Shown here: piece by piece, positions 48,260 to 57,536 of the stretch
Layout: each line of letters starts with the position of its first letter
Numbering within the stretch: the first letter of the stretch is position 1
Assembly (NCBI GenBank): GCA_963798485.1
Contig: CAWCTR010000014.1
Span: forward strand, 416,001-480,000
From: an uncultured delta proteobacterium
Lineage (GTDB): Bacteria; Desulfobacterota; Desulfomonilia; UBA1062
Direction of reading: 5' to 3'
Length of the DNA stretch: 64,000 bases
Notes under the pieces: generated by a model
Seen by the model: the letters and a program-made list of their open reading frames with translations, nothing else
Told to the model about the DNA's origin: nothing
Database searches by the model: none
Program-made: the position numbers and the translations under genes

Positions 48260-48313
48260 GTTGTACCACGGGTATGTGAACGGAGTATGAATGAACAATG
48301 AATTTTTTGTTAA
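48260..48313 (-). promoter_or_regulatory. Pho-box array promoter of the PEP-CTERM/TPS/TonB operon
   Basis: Minus-strand TTAAC/TTCAT/TTCAT/TTCAC at plus positions 48309, 48298, 48287 and 48276 (11-bp period), then 10 nt, then TACAAC. Confidence 0.75.
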
Positions 48314-48447
48314 TATTGAAAATAGTTTGTGGTCATGTATGTCATTGATTTTATATTTGTTTATTAACGTTGTCACGTCAGGTCCAGACCTTCGAGGCAT
48401 GAGTGAAATGTGATACTCGGCTGAATCGTTTCACTCGGCGCATTTTG

Positions 48448-49302
48448 CTAGGTGCGCTTTGACTGGCCCGCAAGGGGGACACTCACCGTGAGAATCTCGC
48501 CGCTCCTCTCCACCTCGAAGGAGAGAGCAGAAGCGCCCTTCAGGCTCCTCGTTGCCAGCGCAGCATCACCCATGGAATTTACCGGAATCCCGTTGATGGA
48601 CCTGATAATGTCCCCCGGTCTCATGCCGAACTGGTAAAGCCTCGAGCCGACCCCCACACCAGACACCCTGTAACCCTGGGATCGTGTCTGTTCCTGGGCC
48701 TGGGCAATGGCAGGGGCAATGGCGGACATACCCAGGGCAGACTGTGCTGAAACTTTAGCCCCCTGATTGGTTTTCAAGGCGCCTCCAGAAGCAATTTGGG
48801 CACCCCCCTGATTGGTATCTCTGAAATCCATGACAAGCATCTGGTTCCTGCCCCCTGTGCTTACTATGATCTGATCGCGGAATATGGCCTGTATGACCCC
48901 GCCTTTCAGCAGGTCACCGATCTTGTAGATGCGCTGCTCTTTGTTCTCCTCGATAATTGCACGGGCTAGATCCTTCGGACCGGCTATGGTACCTTTAAGA
49001 ACCAGCCCCATCGACAAAAACGTGCCCATGGGCATGGACTGGTCCGTGGTCGCAGATCCTGTCCTGGCAACTTTGAACAAGTCCCTCTCGAAGATGACTT
49101 CATAGGCTGATTTTGTCCTGATGGGCTTGTTCTGCATTTCTTTGGTGATATTAAGTGCCTTCTGAGGAACAGGAGGTTTATAGAGGATATGGCCTGCTAT
49201 TGATGTCACAAGACCGGCTGCAACCCATGTAAACATACCAATAAAAAACACTGCAGCTATCCATTTATATTTATATAGTGTCTTGTTATAGTGTGACTTC
49301 AT
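48448..49302 (-). CDS. gspC: Type II secretion GspC-like protein with PDZ domain
   Basis: TM, HR domain (LVLKGTIAG...AIIE...YKIGD...IFRDQIIV) and PDZ (GMRPGDIIRSING...VERSG). Confidence 0.75.
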   Translation of the reverse strand: MKSHYNKTLYKYKWIAAVFFIGMFTWVAAGLVTSIAGHILYKPPVPQKALNITKEMQNKPIRTKSAYEVIFERDLFKVARTGSATTDQSMPMGTFLSMGLVLKGTIAGPKDLARAIIEENKEQRIYKIGDLLKGGVIQAIFRDQIIVSTGGRNQMLVMDFRDTNQGGAQIASGGALKTNQGAKVSAQSALGMSAIAPAIAQAQEQTRSQGYRVSGVGVGSRLYQFGMRPGDIIRSINGIPVNSMGDAALATRSLKGASALSFEVERSGEILTVSVPLAGQSKRT

Positions 49303-49371
49303 CTATGAACCTGCACCCACCAACCCGGTAACTTCTCATTAATATATGCCTTGAAAGTTCAATCTATGAAA

Positions 49372-49425
49372 TTCGTACCACGGATTTATCAATATCCTAT
49401 GAACAAGCTGTTAATTTTAGGTTAA
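49372..49425 (-). promoter_or_regulatory. Pho-box array promoter of gspC
   Basis: Minus-strand TTAAC/TTAAC/TTCAT/TTGAT at plus positions 49421, 49410, 49399 and 49388, then 10 nt, then TACGAA. Confidence 0.7.
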
Positions 49426-49584
49426 CAATTGGGTCTTTGAAAGCCAGGATGAAGATATGATGGAAAATGTATAAATTCAGGTCAGGTCTATTGTCTCGAT
49501 CTCACATAAAGTATATAGAAAGGATATTGATGCTCATTCGTTGGAAACCGGACCAATTGGTATACAATAAAAGTATAAATGAGC

Positions 49585-49605
49585 TCTTCATTGATTCTTA
49601 ACAAT
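49585..49605 (+). promoter_or_regulatory. Pho box upstream of phoB
   Basis: TTCAT 49587 and TTAAC 49598; tcttcattgattcttaacaatt matches the site upstream of pstC at 20 of 22 positions. Confidence 0.7.
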
Positions 49606-49664
49606 TATCTGGCATACGTAGTTTGTGATTGATAACTTAAGGCCTTATGGAAGGATGAACGTTT

Positions 49665-50339
49665 ATGGGTAAACGTATAGCTGTGGTGGATGACGAACCT
49701 GATATTATACACTTGGTCACTATTCACCTCAAGAAGGCCGGGTACAGCGTGGACAGCTTTCTCAACGGAAGCTCCCTGCTGAAGTCTCTCCCGACAAGCA
49801 TTCCCGATCTCGTCATCCTCGACCTCATGCTGCCTGATCTCGATGGGTTCGATGTGTGCAGGATGATGAAAAGTAACCAAAGCTACGAGTCCATCCCCAT
49901 CATCATGCTTACGGCAAAGGGACAAGAGGCCGACAAAGTGACCGGCCTGGAGCTCGGCGCAGACGACTACCTGACAAAACCGTTTTCTCCCCGCGAGCTC
50001 CTTGCGCGAGTCAAGGCCGTACTCAGGAGGACATCCGCATCGAAACTGGCTCAAATAATCGTCGGCGACATCTCCATCGACCCGGAACGGTTCGAGGTCA
50101 TGGTCAATGAGAAACCCGTGACCCTGACACCTGTTGAGTTCAAGATCCTCCACCTGCTTGCACAGAACCCGGGAAAGGTCTTTTCAAGGGAGCGCATACT
50201 CGACCACCTCTGGGGTAACGAAAAGGCCGTGATCGACAGGACCGTGGACGTGCATATCAAAAACCTCAGGGACAAACTGGGCCCTGCAGGCGACCTTGTG
50301 AGAAACATCCGGGGCGTGGGGTATAAGATCCAGGCATGA
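49665..50339 (+). CDS. phoB: PhoB/PhoP response regulator (OmpR family)
   Basis: VVDDE, LDLMLP, GADDYLTKPFSPREL and RTVDVHI...RGVGY; adjacent to phoR and pst. Confidence 0.88.
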   Translation: MGKRIAVVDDEPDIIHLVTIHLKKAGYSVDSFLNGSSLLKSLPTSIPDLVILDLMLPDLDGFDVCRMMKSNQSYESIPIIMLTAKGQEADKVTGLELGADDYLTKPFSPRELLARVKAVLRRTSASKLAQIIVGDISIDPERFEVMVNEKPVTLTPVEFKILHLLAQNPGKVFSRERILDHLWGNEKAVIDRTVDVHIKNLRDKLGPAGDLVRNIRGVGYKIQA

Positions 50340-52054
50340 GGAGATCCATTTTTTTCAAAATGTTCATGGGATACCTGGTGATCATGATCGCCATGGCAGT
50401 CCTTATCCTCACCTTCACCTATGAGATCGTCAAATCGCATTATGAGCAAACCATGTCAGATAACCTGAAGAATATCGCCATTCCATTGCGGCAGGTCATG
50501 ACCCCATACCTGACACAGGGCAAGCCGGACCATCTGAATGCCGTGGTCGGTGAGTACGCGCGCGCGCTTGAACTCAGGATAACGGTTATTGACCCTGCAG
50601 GCAAGGTGCTTGCAGATTCCGAGAGGGACCCGGCCACACTCGAAAACCACCGGGACAGGCCTGAAATGGGCCAGGCCCTTGCCGGTAAAACCGGTCAAAG
50701 CATACGTTTCAGCACCACCCTCTGGCAGGACCTTCTCTATGTTGCGCTTCCTGTCGAGGCAGAGGGAAAGATAATCGGCGTACTCCGGCTGAGTACCCCG
50801 CTAACGCACATCAGCAACCTGCTGAAGACCCTGAGAATAAGGGAACTCCAACTGACACTCATAGTTATTGTTATTTCACTGCTCATTGCAGCGCTCATCT
50901 CTCACCGCTTGTCAACGCCCATCCGGGAACTAAGCAAGGCGGCAAGAAGGGTTGCCTCCGGAGATCTCTCCGTGAGGGTATCCCCCAAGCCCCATGCAGA
51001 CGATGAGATCAGGGACCTCACTGAAGGTTTCAACGAGATGACTCAAAGGCTTGGACAGACCTTTGCGGAACTCAGCGGACGCAATGAAGAGCTTGAGAGT
51101 ATCATATCATCCATGACCGAGGCCCTGCTCGTACTCGATGAAGAAGGAAAGGTCCGGCTTTTCAATGCAGGCGCCCAGAAGCTCATGCCTGCTGAAAATA
51201 TCCTGGGCAGATATTACTGGGAGCTGCTCAGATCGACAAGGCTCAACACATTGCTTGAGGAGAGCTCTGAAAGGTCCATCTCCGACGAGGTGGAGCTTGC
51301 GGATAAATCTTTCCTGTGCATTATTACACCCCTTGCTTCCAGGAAGGCAAAGGTCGTGCTTCTGCATGACATCACAGAATTGAAGCAGATAGAACGGGTG
51401 AAGAAAGACCTGGTGGTCAATGTCTCCCATGAACTCAGGACCCCGCTCACTGCCATCAAGGGATTTACCGAGACACTCTTGGATGAGGCAGACCCCAAAT
51501 CAATGGAATACCTCCGGATCATCAAGCGCCATACGGACAGGCTCATCGCCATGGTTAGTGACCTGCTTACCCTTTCCGAGTTGGAGGAAAAACCGCAGCT
51601 CGTCATCGACGATGTAAACCTCCAAGAGCTTATTACCAATGTGCTGGCTATCTACGATCCCAGGATAAGGGCCAAGGGCCTGGGTCTCACTGCCGATATC
51701 AGCCCCATCACCCTCAAGGGTGATGCATTCAAGCTTGAACAGCTCCTCACAAACCTCATCGACAACGCCCTTAAATACACGGAGAAGGGACAGATCTCCG
51801 TGGGTACCGAGGTGAGGGAGGACAACGCCATTATCACCATAAATGATACAGGGATAGGGATACCGAAAGAAGACCTGGGAAGGGTATTCGAGCGTTTCTA
51901 CGTAGTGGACAAATCACGTTCAAGAAGTATGGGCGGCACCGGGCTCGGGCTTTCCATTGCGAAACATATTGCTACGCTCCACGCCGGGTCTATCGAGGTG
52001 GCAAGCTCCCCATACACGGGCAGCACCTTTACCGTTATTATCCCTATAAAATGA
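50336..52054 (+). CDS. phoR: PhoR sensor histidine kinase (HAMP, PAS)
   Basis: ENHRDRPE, NVSHELRTPLTAIKGF, NLIDNALKY and FERFYVVDKSRSR..GGTGLGLSI. Confidence 0.88.
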   Translation: MRRSIFFKMFMGYLVIMIAMAVLILTFTYEIVKSHYEQTMSDNLKNIAIPLRQVMTPYLTQGKPDHLNAVVGEYARALELRITVIDPAGKVLADSERDPATLENHRDRPEMGQALAGKTGQSIRFSTTLWQDLLYVALPVEAEGKIIGVLRLSTPLTHISNLLKTLRIRELQLTLIVIVISLLIAALISHRLSTPIRELSKAARRVASGDLSVRVSPKPHADDEIRDLTEGFNEMTQRLGQTFAELSGRNEELESIISSMTEALLVLDEEGKVRLFNAGAQKLMPAENILGRYYWELLRSTRLNTLLEESSERSISDEVELADKSFLCIITPLASRKAKVVLLHDITELKQIERVKKDLVVNVSHELRTPLTAIKGFTETLLDEADPKSMEYLRIIKRHTDRLIAMVSDLLTLSELEEKPQLVIDDVNLQELITNVLAIYDPRIRAKGLGLTADISPITLKGDAFKLEQLLTNLIDNALKYTEKGQISVGTEVREDNAIITINDTGIGIPKEDLGRVFERFYVVDKSRSRSMGGTGLGLSIAKHIATLHAGSIEVASSPYTGSTFTVIIPIK

Positions 52055-52124
52055 TGGGGCTTACCTCTAGGGGTTTACCTGAGTAAAGCTTGAAAAATCA
52101 ACTGTTACCAGGTGACATCCGCAC

Positions 52125-52153
52125 TTGACTGAACAGGGCAATCCTTATAAAAC
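52125..52153 (+). promoter_or_regulatory. Sigma70-like promoter for DUF47-pit
   Basis: TTGACT-N17-TAAAAC; no Pho-box array seen. Confidence 0.45.
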
Positions 52154-52204
52154 AATTCCGGCACCATGTAAGTTACTCGCATGAGGACATTCGAGGAGGA
52201 GTGA

Positions 52205-52831
52205 ATGGGGTTCAGCTTTCTCCCTAAGGATCATAATTTCTTTGCACTGTTCAACAAGCAGGCACAATATGCGGTCGATGCCTCAGCACTGTTCGCCGAA
52301 ATGGCTGCACAAGGGACCTTCGACACTGAGACGGTACAAAGGATGCGAGATATCGAGCACAATGCGGATGAGGTTGCCCATGAAATCATGAACCGCCTCA
52401 ACAAGACCTTCATCACCCCCTTTGACCGCGAGGACATTCATGCCCTGGCGTGCGCGCTGGACGATGTCATTGATATGGTCTACACCATCTCTAACCGCAT
52501 GAGGGTCTACAAGGTTGTAGAGCGAGACTCCGACCTCATGGAATTCTCCGCTATCATCGAACAATCGGTCCGCGCTCTGGCCTTAGCCGTCGAAGGCCTG
52601 CTGGACACCAAGCACCCGGAGACAACGCTTAAATCCTGCATTGAGGTGAACCGGCTCGAGAATGTCGGTGATACCATGAGGGACGCTATCCTTACCAAAC
52701 TGTTCGAGACCGCGCACGACCCCATCTATCTGATAAAGTGGAAAGAGATCTATCAGTTCGCCGAAAACGTGCTTGATATCTGCGAGGACGTGGCCCACAT
52801 AGTGGAATCCATTATCGTTAAACAAGCATAA
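52205..52831 (+). CDS. DUF47 (PhoU-like) Pit accessory protein
   Basis: IEHNAD, TFITPFDREDI, LENVGD and IKWKEIY. Confidence 0.92.
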   Translation: MGFSFLPKDHNFFALFNKQAQYAVDASALFAEMAAQGTFDTETVQRMRDIEHNADEVAHEIMNRLNKTFITPFDREDIHALACALDDVIDMVYTISNRMRVYKVVERDSDLMEFSAIIEQSVRALALAVEGLLDTKHPETTLKSCIEVNRLENVGDTMRDAILTKLFETAHDPIYLIKWKEIYQFAENVLDICEDVAHIVESIIVKQA

Positions 52832-52834
52832 ACG

Positions 52835-53815
52835 ATGACCCTTTACATCGTCTTTCTGATCCTTCTCGCCTTGACGTTCGATTTTCTGAACGGATTTCAT
52901 GACTCTGCAAACTCCATTGCCACTATTGTTTCCACACGTGTCCTTTCACCCCGATATGCAGTAATCTGGGCCGCCTTTTTCAACTTCGTGGCCTTTTTGT
53001 TCCTTGGTCTTCACGTGGCCAACACCATAGGCAAGGGGATTGTGGATGTGGGCATTATCGACCCGAATATCATCTTCGCCACTTTGGTGGGTGCATGTCT
53101 CTGGGACATTATTACTTGGTACGTCGGGCTACCTACGAGCTCGTCCCATGCCCTCATCGGCGGCATGGTCGGTGCGGCCCTAGTCAAGACCGGCCCTGAT
53201 GCCCTGGTATGGAAGGGCATCATTAAGACCATAACCTTTATATTTGTCTCACCCACTGTGGGGCTCTGTCTGGGTCTTCTCATCGGGATAGCCGTCTATT
53301 GGACCTTCAGAAAATCAACTCCACGAAATGTCGACCACATCTTCCGTAAAGGGCAGCTCTTTTCTGCTGCATTATACAGCCTGGGCCATGGAGGCAATGA
53401 CGCCCAGAAGACCATGGGCATCATCGCGGGGTTGTTGTTCAGTGCGGGCCTCCTGGGCGATAAATTCTATATCCCGTTTTGGGTGGTCATCTCATGCCAG
53501 ACGGCCATTGCGCTGGGGACCATGTTCGGCGGCTGGCGCATCGTGAAGACCATGGGCCAGAAGATTGCCAAACTCAAACCGGTAGACGGTTTCTGTGCCG
53601 AGGCCGGTGCTGCCGTCACCCTCTTCATCTCAACAGCCCTCGGTATCCCGGTAAGCACTACCCATACCATCACAGGGGCTATTATGGGTGTGGGCTCTCT
53701 GCGACGTATGAGTGCGGTGAAATGGGGTGTTGCAGGCCGCATAGTGTGGGCCTGGATACTCACAATCCCAGCCGCAGCAGTTATTTCGGCCATCACCTAC
53801 ATACTTGCACGATAG
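52835..53815 (+). CDS. pit: PiT inorganic phosphate transporter
   Basis: NGFHDSANSIAT, GLPTSSSHALIGG, HGGNDAQKTMG and GIPVSTTH. Confidence 0.95.
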   Translation: MTLYIVFLILLALTFDFLNGFHDSANSIATIVSTRVLSPRYAVIWAAFFNFVAFLFLGLHVANTIGKGIVDVGIIDPNIIFATLVGACLWDIITWYVGLPTSSSHALIGGMVGAALVKTGPDALVWKGIIKTITFIFVSPTVGLCLGLLIGIAVYWTFRKSTPRNVDHIFRKGQLFSAALYSLGHGGNDAQKTMGIIAGLLFSAGLLGDKFYIPFWVVISCQTAIALGTMFGGWRIVKTMGQKIAKLKPVDGFCAEAGAAVTLFISTALGIPVSTTHTITGAIMGVGSLRRMSAVKWGVAGRIVWAWILTIPAAAVISAITYILAR

Positions 53816-53834
53816 ATATTCCCTGTGCAGACCT

Positions 53835-53869
53835 TGTAGGTTGGGTTTCGTCCCTCAACCCAACCTACA
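53835..53869. repeat. GTAG-type REP palindrome
   Basis: Perfect 13-bp inverted repeat tgtaggttgggtt...aacccaacctaca. Confidence 0.75.
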
Positions 53870-53884
53870 CATTTGCAATTGGCC

Positions 53885-53944
53885 CCTTCATGAAAAATTA
53901 ACACACTCTTTATTCATAATTCACATTTGAGTCATATCTATAAT
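53885..53944 (+). promoter_or_regulatory. Pho-box array and -10 region of pstS
   Basis: TTCAT 53887, TTAAC 53898, TTTAT 53909, TTCAC 53920 and GTCAT 53931 (11-bp period); TATAAT at 53939. Confidence 0.8.
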
Positions 53945-53964
53945 AAAAACAGTGGAGGAATTTC

Positions 53965-54798
53965 ATGAAATCAAATTTGTCCTCAAAGATAACATGGTAC
54001 ATTATGGCGGTCCTGATCATTGCTATACCTGCCTCAATAGTCCATGCAGCGGGAAATACCATTATCATAAAGGGTTCGACCACGGTACTGCCTGTAGCGC
54101 AAGCGGCAGCAGAGGTCTTCATGGAGAAGAATCCCGGCGTCAACATCTCGGTGCAGGGCGGCGGCTCCGGTGTGGGCATTGCCTCGCTCCTGGACAAGAC
54201 CACGGATATCGCCGACTCATCCCGCAAGATCAAACCGGAGGAAATAGACAAGGCAAAGGCCGCAGGGGTCAACCCCAACGAGATCTCCATAGCGATCGAC
54301 GGCATCGCAGTCATCGTGCATCCGACCAATCCCGTCAAGGCCCTTACCAAGACCCAGATCAGGGACATCTTTACCGGCAAGATCACCAACTGGTCCGAGG
54401 TCGGGGGCAAGAGTGCCAAGATCGTTGCCGTGAACCGCGATACCAGTAGTGGTACTTTCGAGGCATTCGAGACGCTTGCCCTGAACCACGAGAAGGTCCG
54501 CCCCGATGCGCTGACAACGGCGTCCAACCAGGCCGTGGCCCAGACCGTCGCCCAGACCCCGAACGCCATCGGCTATGTGGGGCATGGGTTTTTAAGCCCC
54601 AAGGTAAAGGCAGTGACCGTTGACAAGATCGAATGCACCAAGCAGACCATCCAGTCCGAGAAGTACCCGCTCTCCAGGTACCTGTACGTGTATACCAACG
54701 GCAAGCCGTCCGGGAACGTCCAGAAGTTCATCGGCTTTCTCCTGAGCGCCCAAGGACAGAAGCTCGTAGTGGACGAGGGGTTCGTCGAGATCAAGTAA
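53965..54798 (+). CDS. pstS: Phosphate ABC transporter substrate-binding protein
   Basis: KGSTTVLP, GGGSGVG, DSSR, RDTSSGT, AIGYVG and YPLSRYLY. Confidence 0.95.
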   Translation: MKSNLSSKITWYIMAVLIIAIPASIVHAAGNTIIIKGSTTVLPVAQAAAEVFMEKNPGVNISVQGGGSGVGIASLLDKTTDIADSSRKIKPEEIDKAKAAGVNPNEISIAIDGIAVIVHPTNPVKALTKTQIRDIFTGKITNWSEVGGKSAKIVAVNRDTSSGTFEAFETLALNHEKVRPDALTTASNQAVAQTVAQTPNAIGYVGHGFLSPKVKAVTVDKIECTKQTIQSEKYPLSRYLYVYTNGKPSGNVQKFIGFLLSAQGQKLVVDEGFVEIK

Positions 54799-54826
54799 CA
54801 ATCTATTGTAAGGTGATGCCGACTTG

Positions 54827-54859
54827 AGAGGAGGAGGGGCTCCCTGCCCTTTCTCCTCT
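54827..54859 (+). terminator. 14-bp stem-loop after pstS (terminator or mRNA stabiliser)
   Basis: agaggaggaggggc pairs with gccctttctcctct. Confidence 0.6.
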
Positions 54860-54870
54860 ATGAAAGCTGC

Positions 54871-54926
54871 CCTTAACGGATAATTCACCCGATCTTCATT
54901 GCATCTTAACAATTCTTCCCTACTGA
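54871..54926 (+). promoter_or_regulatory. Pho-box array upstream of pstC
   Basis: TTAAC 54873, TTCAC 54884, TTCAT 54895 and TTAAC 54906, then 10 nt, then TACTGA. Confidence 0.75.
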
Positions 54927-54950
54927 TGAGTGTTGAAAGAGGAAACGGAC

Positions 54951-55850
54951 ATGGACAGGAAATCCCTGCGAAGAGTCAAAGAAGGCATCTACGAGTGGAT
55001 ATTCGCGACCCTGGCCTTTGCCTCGCTCGTTTTCCTCGTGGGCATCATCATCACGCTCCTCAGGGAGTCTTTGCCGGTCTTTGCCAGGATCAAGCTGAGC
55101 TCATTTCTCTTCGGGCAAGCGTGGTATCCCACCGCTGATCCACCGGAAATGGGGATATGGCCTCTGATCACGGCATCATTCACGGTGACGGTTGGTGCCA
55201 TGGTGGTCTGTGTCCCCATCGGCATCGGCACGGCACTGTTCATTCATGAACTGGCAAGCCATTCCCAGCGGGCATTCCTGAAACCTGTCATCGAGTTGCT
55301 GGCTGGCATCCCTTCCATTGTGTACGGCTTTTTCGGCATGGTCATAGTCGCCCCGTTTCTTCAGGACCTTCTCGGCATACCCACAGGCCTGTGCGCCTTT
55401 ACGGCAAGCCTGGTGCTCGGCATCATGGCAACGCCCACGGTGGCGAGCCTTGCAGAAGACGCCTTGAGCTTTGTGCCCAGGAGCTTCAGGGAGGCGTCAC
55501 TGGCGCTCGGCGCCAACCGGTGGCAGACGCTGACCAAGGTTGTCATGCCTGCTGCGGGTTCCGGCATCTCCACAGCCATAATCTTGGGCATGGGCAGGGC
55601 CGTCGGCGAGACCATGACCGTGCTCATGGTGGCGGGTGGTGCGGCCATGGTGCCCAAGAGCATCTTCGACCCGGTGAGGCCCATGACATCCACCATTGCA
55701 GCCGAGATGGGCGAGGCCGTGCTGGGGAGCCTCCATTATCACGCGCTCTTCGCCATCGGGCTGATCCTCTTTTTGATCACGCTCGGGGTAAATATCTGTG
55801 CGGAGATCATCAGCAGACGGTACAGGCTGAAGCTGGGGCTCGGCAGATGA
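54951..55850 (+). CDS. pstC: Phosphate ABC permease PstC
   Basis: [20 protein letters not shown] and GRAVGETM. Confidence 0.95.
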   Translation: MDRKSLRRVKEGIYEWIFATLAFASLVFLVGIIITLLRESLPVFARIKLSSFLFGQAWYPTADPPEMGIWPLITASFTVTVGAMVVCVPIGIGTALFIHELASHSQRAFLKPVIELLAGIPSIVYGFFGMVIVAPFLQDLLGIPTGLCAFTASLVLGIMATPTVASLAEDALSFVPRSFREASLALGANRWQTLTKVVMPAAGSGISTAIILGMGRAVGETMTVLMVAGGAAMVPKSIFDPVRPMTSTIAAEMGEAVLGSLHYHALFAIGLILFLITLGVNICAEIISRRYRLKLGLGR

Positions 55851-56776
55851 CGACACAAAACGGCATTACGGAGAATCTCACCGGCACCATGCCGAAGCGG
55901 ACCTCCGGAAAAAAGAAGCTCATCAGGATGAGCGATGTCACGCAAGCCCTTGGGTTTCTCTTTCTGATACTCTGCATTCTTTTCGCGCTCTTTTTTCTCG
56001 GATCCATCATCTACTTTATCACTTCCCGGGGAATAGCCGTCATCTCGTGGGAGTTCCTTACTTCTGTACCCAGAAAGGCCATGACACAGGGCGGCGTAGC
56101 ACCTGCGATTGTGGGGACATTCTACCTCACCCTGGGCGCCATCGCATTCTCCCTGCCGCTCGGGCTTGCCAGTGCCATCTATCTGTGCGAGTACAGCCCG
56201 GGTAATGTTGCGGTGAACATAATCCGCCTTTCCATCAACAACCTGGCAGGCATCCCTTCCGTAGTGTTCGGGCTTTTCGGGTTTGCGGTATTCGTGAAGA
56301 TATTCGGCTTCGGTGTGTGTATCCTCTCGGGCAGCCTGACGCTCGGCATCATGGCCTTGCCGGGTATCATTTCCGCATCCCAGGAGGCGATCCTTGCGGT
56401 ACCCCAGTCATACAAAGAGGCATCCCTCGCCCTGGGAGCAACACACTGGCAGACCATCAAGAAGGTGGTCCTGCCGACGGCCCTGCCCGGGATTCTCACC
56501 GGTGTCATCTTGAATATCGGCAGGGTAGCCGGGGAGACTGCGCCCATCCTGTTCACTGCAGCCACCTTTTATACGCGGGACTATCCTAATTCGGTTTTTT
56601 CCGAGGTCATGGCACTGCCCTATCACATCTATGCGCTCATGACCGAGGGCACGCACCCTGAGGTGCAGACGGCAATCGCATACGGTTGCGCGCTCATCCT
56701 GCTTGCACTCGTGCTTGCCATATCGGCATGCGCCATCATCTTAAGACAGAAACAGAGGATTACCTATGGCTCCTGA
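55847..56776 (+). CDS. pstA: Phosphate ABC permease PstA
   Basis: [22 protein letters not shown] and GRVAGETAP; ATGA overlap at 55847. Confidence 0.95.
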   Translation: MTTQNGITENLTGTMPKRTSGKKKLIRMSDVTQALGFLFLILCILFALFFLGSIIYFITSRGIAVISWEFLTSVPRKAMTQGGVAPAIVGTFYLTLGAIAFSLPLGLASAIYLCEYSPGNVAVNIIRLSINNLAGIPSVVFGLFGFAVFVKIFGFGVCILSGSLTLGIMALPGIISASQEAILAVPQSYKEASLALGATHWQTIKKVVLPTALPGILTGVILNIGRVAGETAPILFTAATFYTRDYPNSVFSEVMALPYHIYALMTEGTHPEVQTAIAYGCALILLALVLAISACAIILRQKQRITYGS

Positions 56777-57527
56777 GGTGAAGATCAGCGCACAGGACAT
56801 CAATTTCTTCTACGGGAAGACCAGGGCTCTGAAGAATATGTCCCTGGATATCTTTGAAAAACATGTAACTGCCTTCATCGGTCCTTCCGGCTGCGGCAAG
56901 TCCACCTTTATCAGGCTCATAAACCGCATGAACGATCTCATACCCGGCTCCAGGGTGGAAGGCCGGATCATGATGGACGGGTTTGACATCAACCACGTAA
57001 AGACCGATGTGGTGGACCTGAGGCGTCGTGTAGGTATGGTGTTCCAGAAGCCGAACCCCTTTCCCAAGACCATCTTTGAAAACATGGCATACGGGCTCAC
57101 CATAGGCGGAATAAAAGATAAAGGATTTATTGAGAACAGGGTAGTCAACTCGCTCAAAAAGGCTGCCCTTTTTGATGATGTGAAAGACCGTCTGAACGAC
57201 AGTGCACTCATGCTTTCGGGCGGTCAGCAGCAGAGGTTGTGCATCGCCCGGTGCCTGGTGGTGGAGCCCGAGGTGATCCTCTTCGACGAACCCTGCGCCA
57301 GCCTGGACCCCATCTCCACCCGCAAGATAGAGGAGCTCCTCCTGGAGCTCAAGAAAGACTACACCATCGTGATCGTCACCCATAACATGCAACAGGCAGC
57401 CCGCGTCTCGGACTATACGGCATTCATGTACCTGGGCGAGCTCATCGAGTACGACCGCACCGAGAAGATCTTCACCGTACCCAAAGAGCGGATGACAGAA
57501 GAATACTTAAGTGGTAAATTCGGATAA
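56766..57527 (+). CDS. pstB: Phosphate ABC ATPase PstB
   Basis: [35 protein letters not shown] and VTHNMQQA. Confidence 0.97.
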   Translation: MAPEVKISAQDINFFYGKTRALKNMSLDIFEKHVTAFIGPSGCGKSTFIRLINRMNDLIPGSRVEGRIMMDGFDINHVKTDVVDLRRRVGMVFQKPNPFPKTIFENMAYGLTIGGIKDKGFIENRVVNSLKKAALFDDVKDRLNDSALMLSGGQQQRLCIARCLVVEPEVILFDEPCASLDPISTRKIEELLLELKKDYTIVIVTHNMQQAARVSDYTAFMYLGELIEYDRTEKIFTVPKERMTEEYLSGKFG

Positions 57528-57536
57528 GGAGCATTC

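Noticed and set aside
55391-55846. Long N-terminal extensions in the ORF track (pstA, also 16083, 19622 and 31567)
   Set aside because: They overlap upstream genes and are non-homologous. Downstream ATGs have SDs or stop/start coupling.
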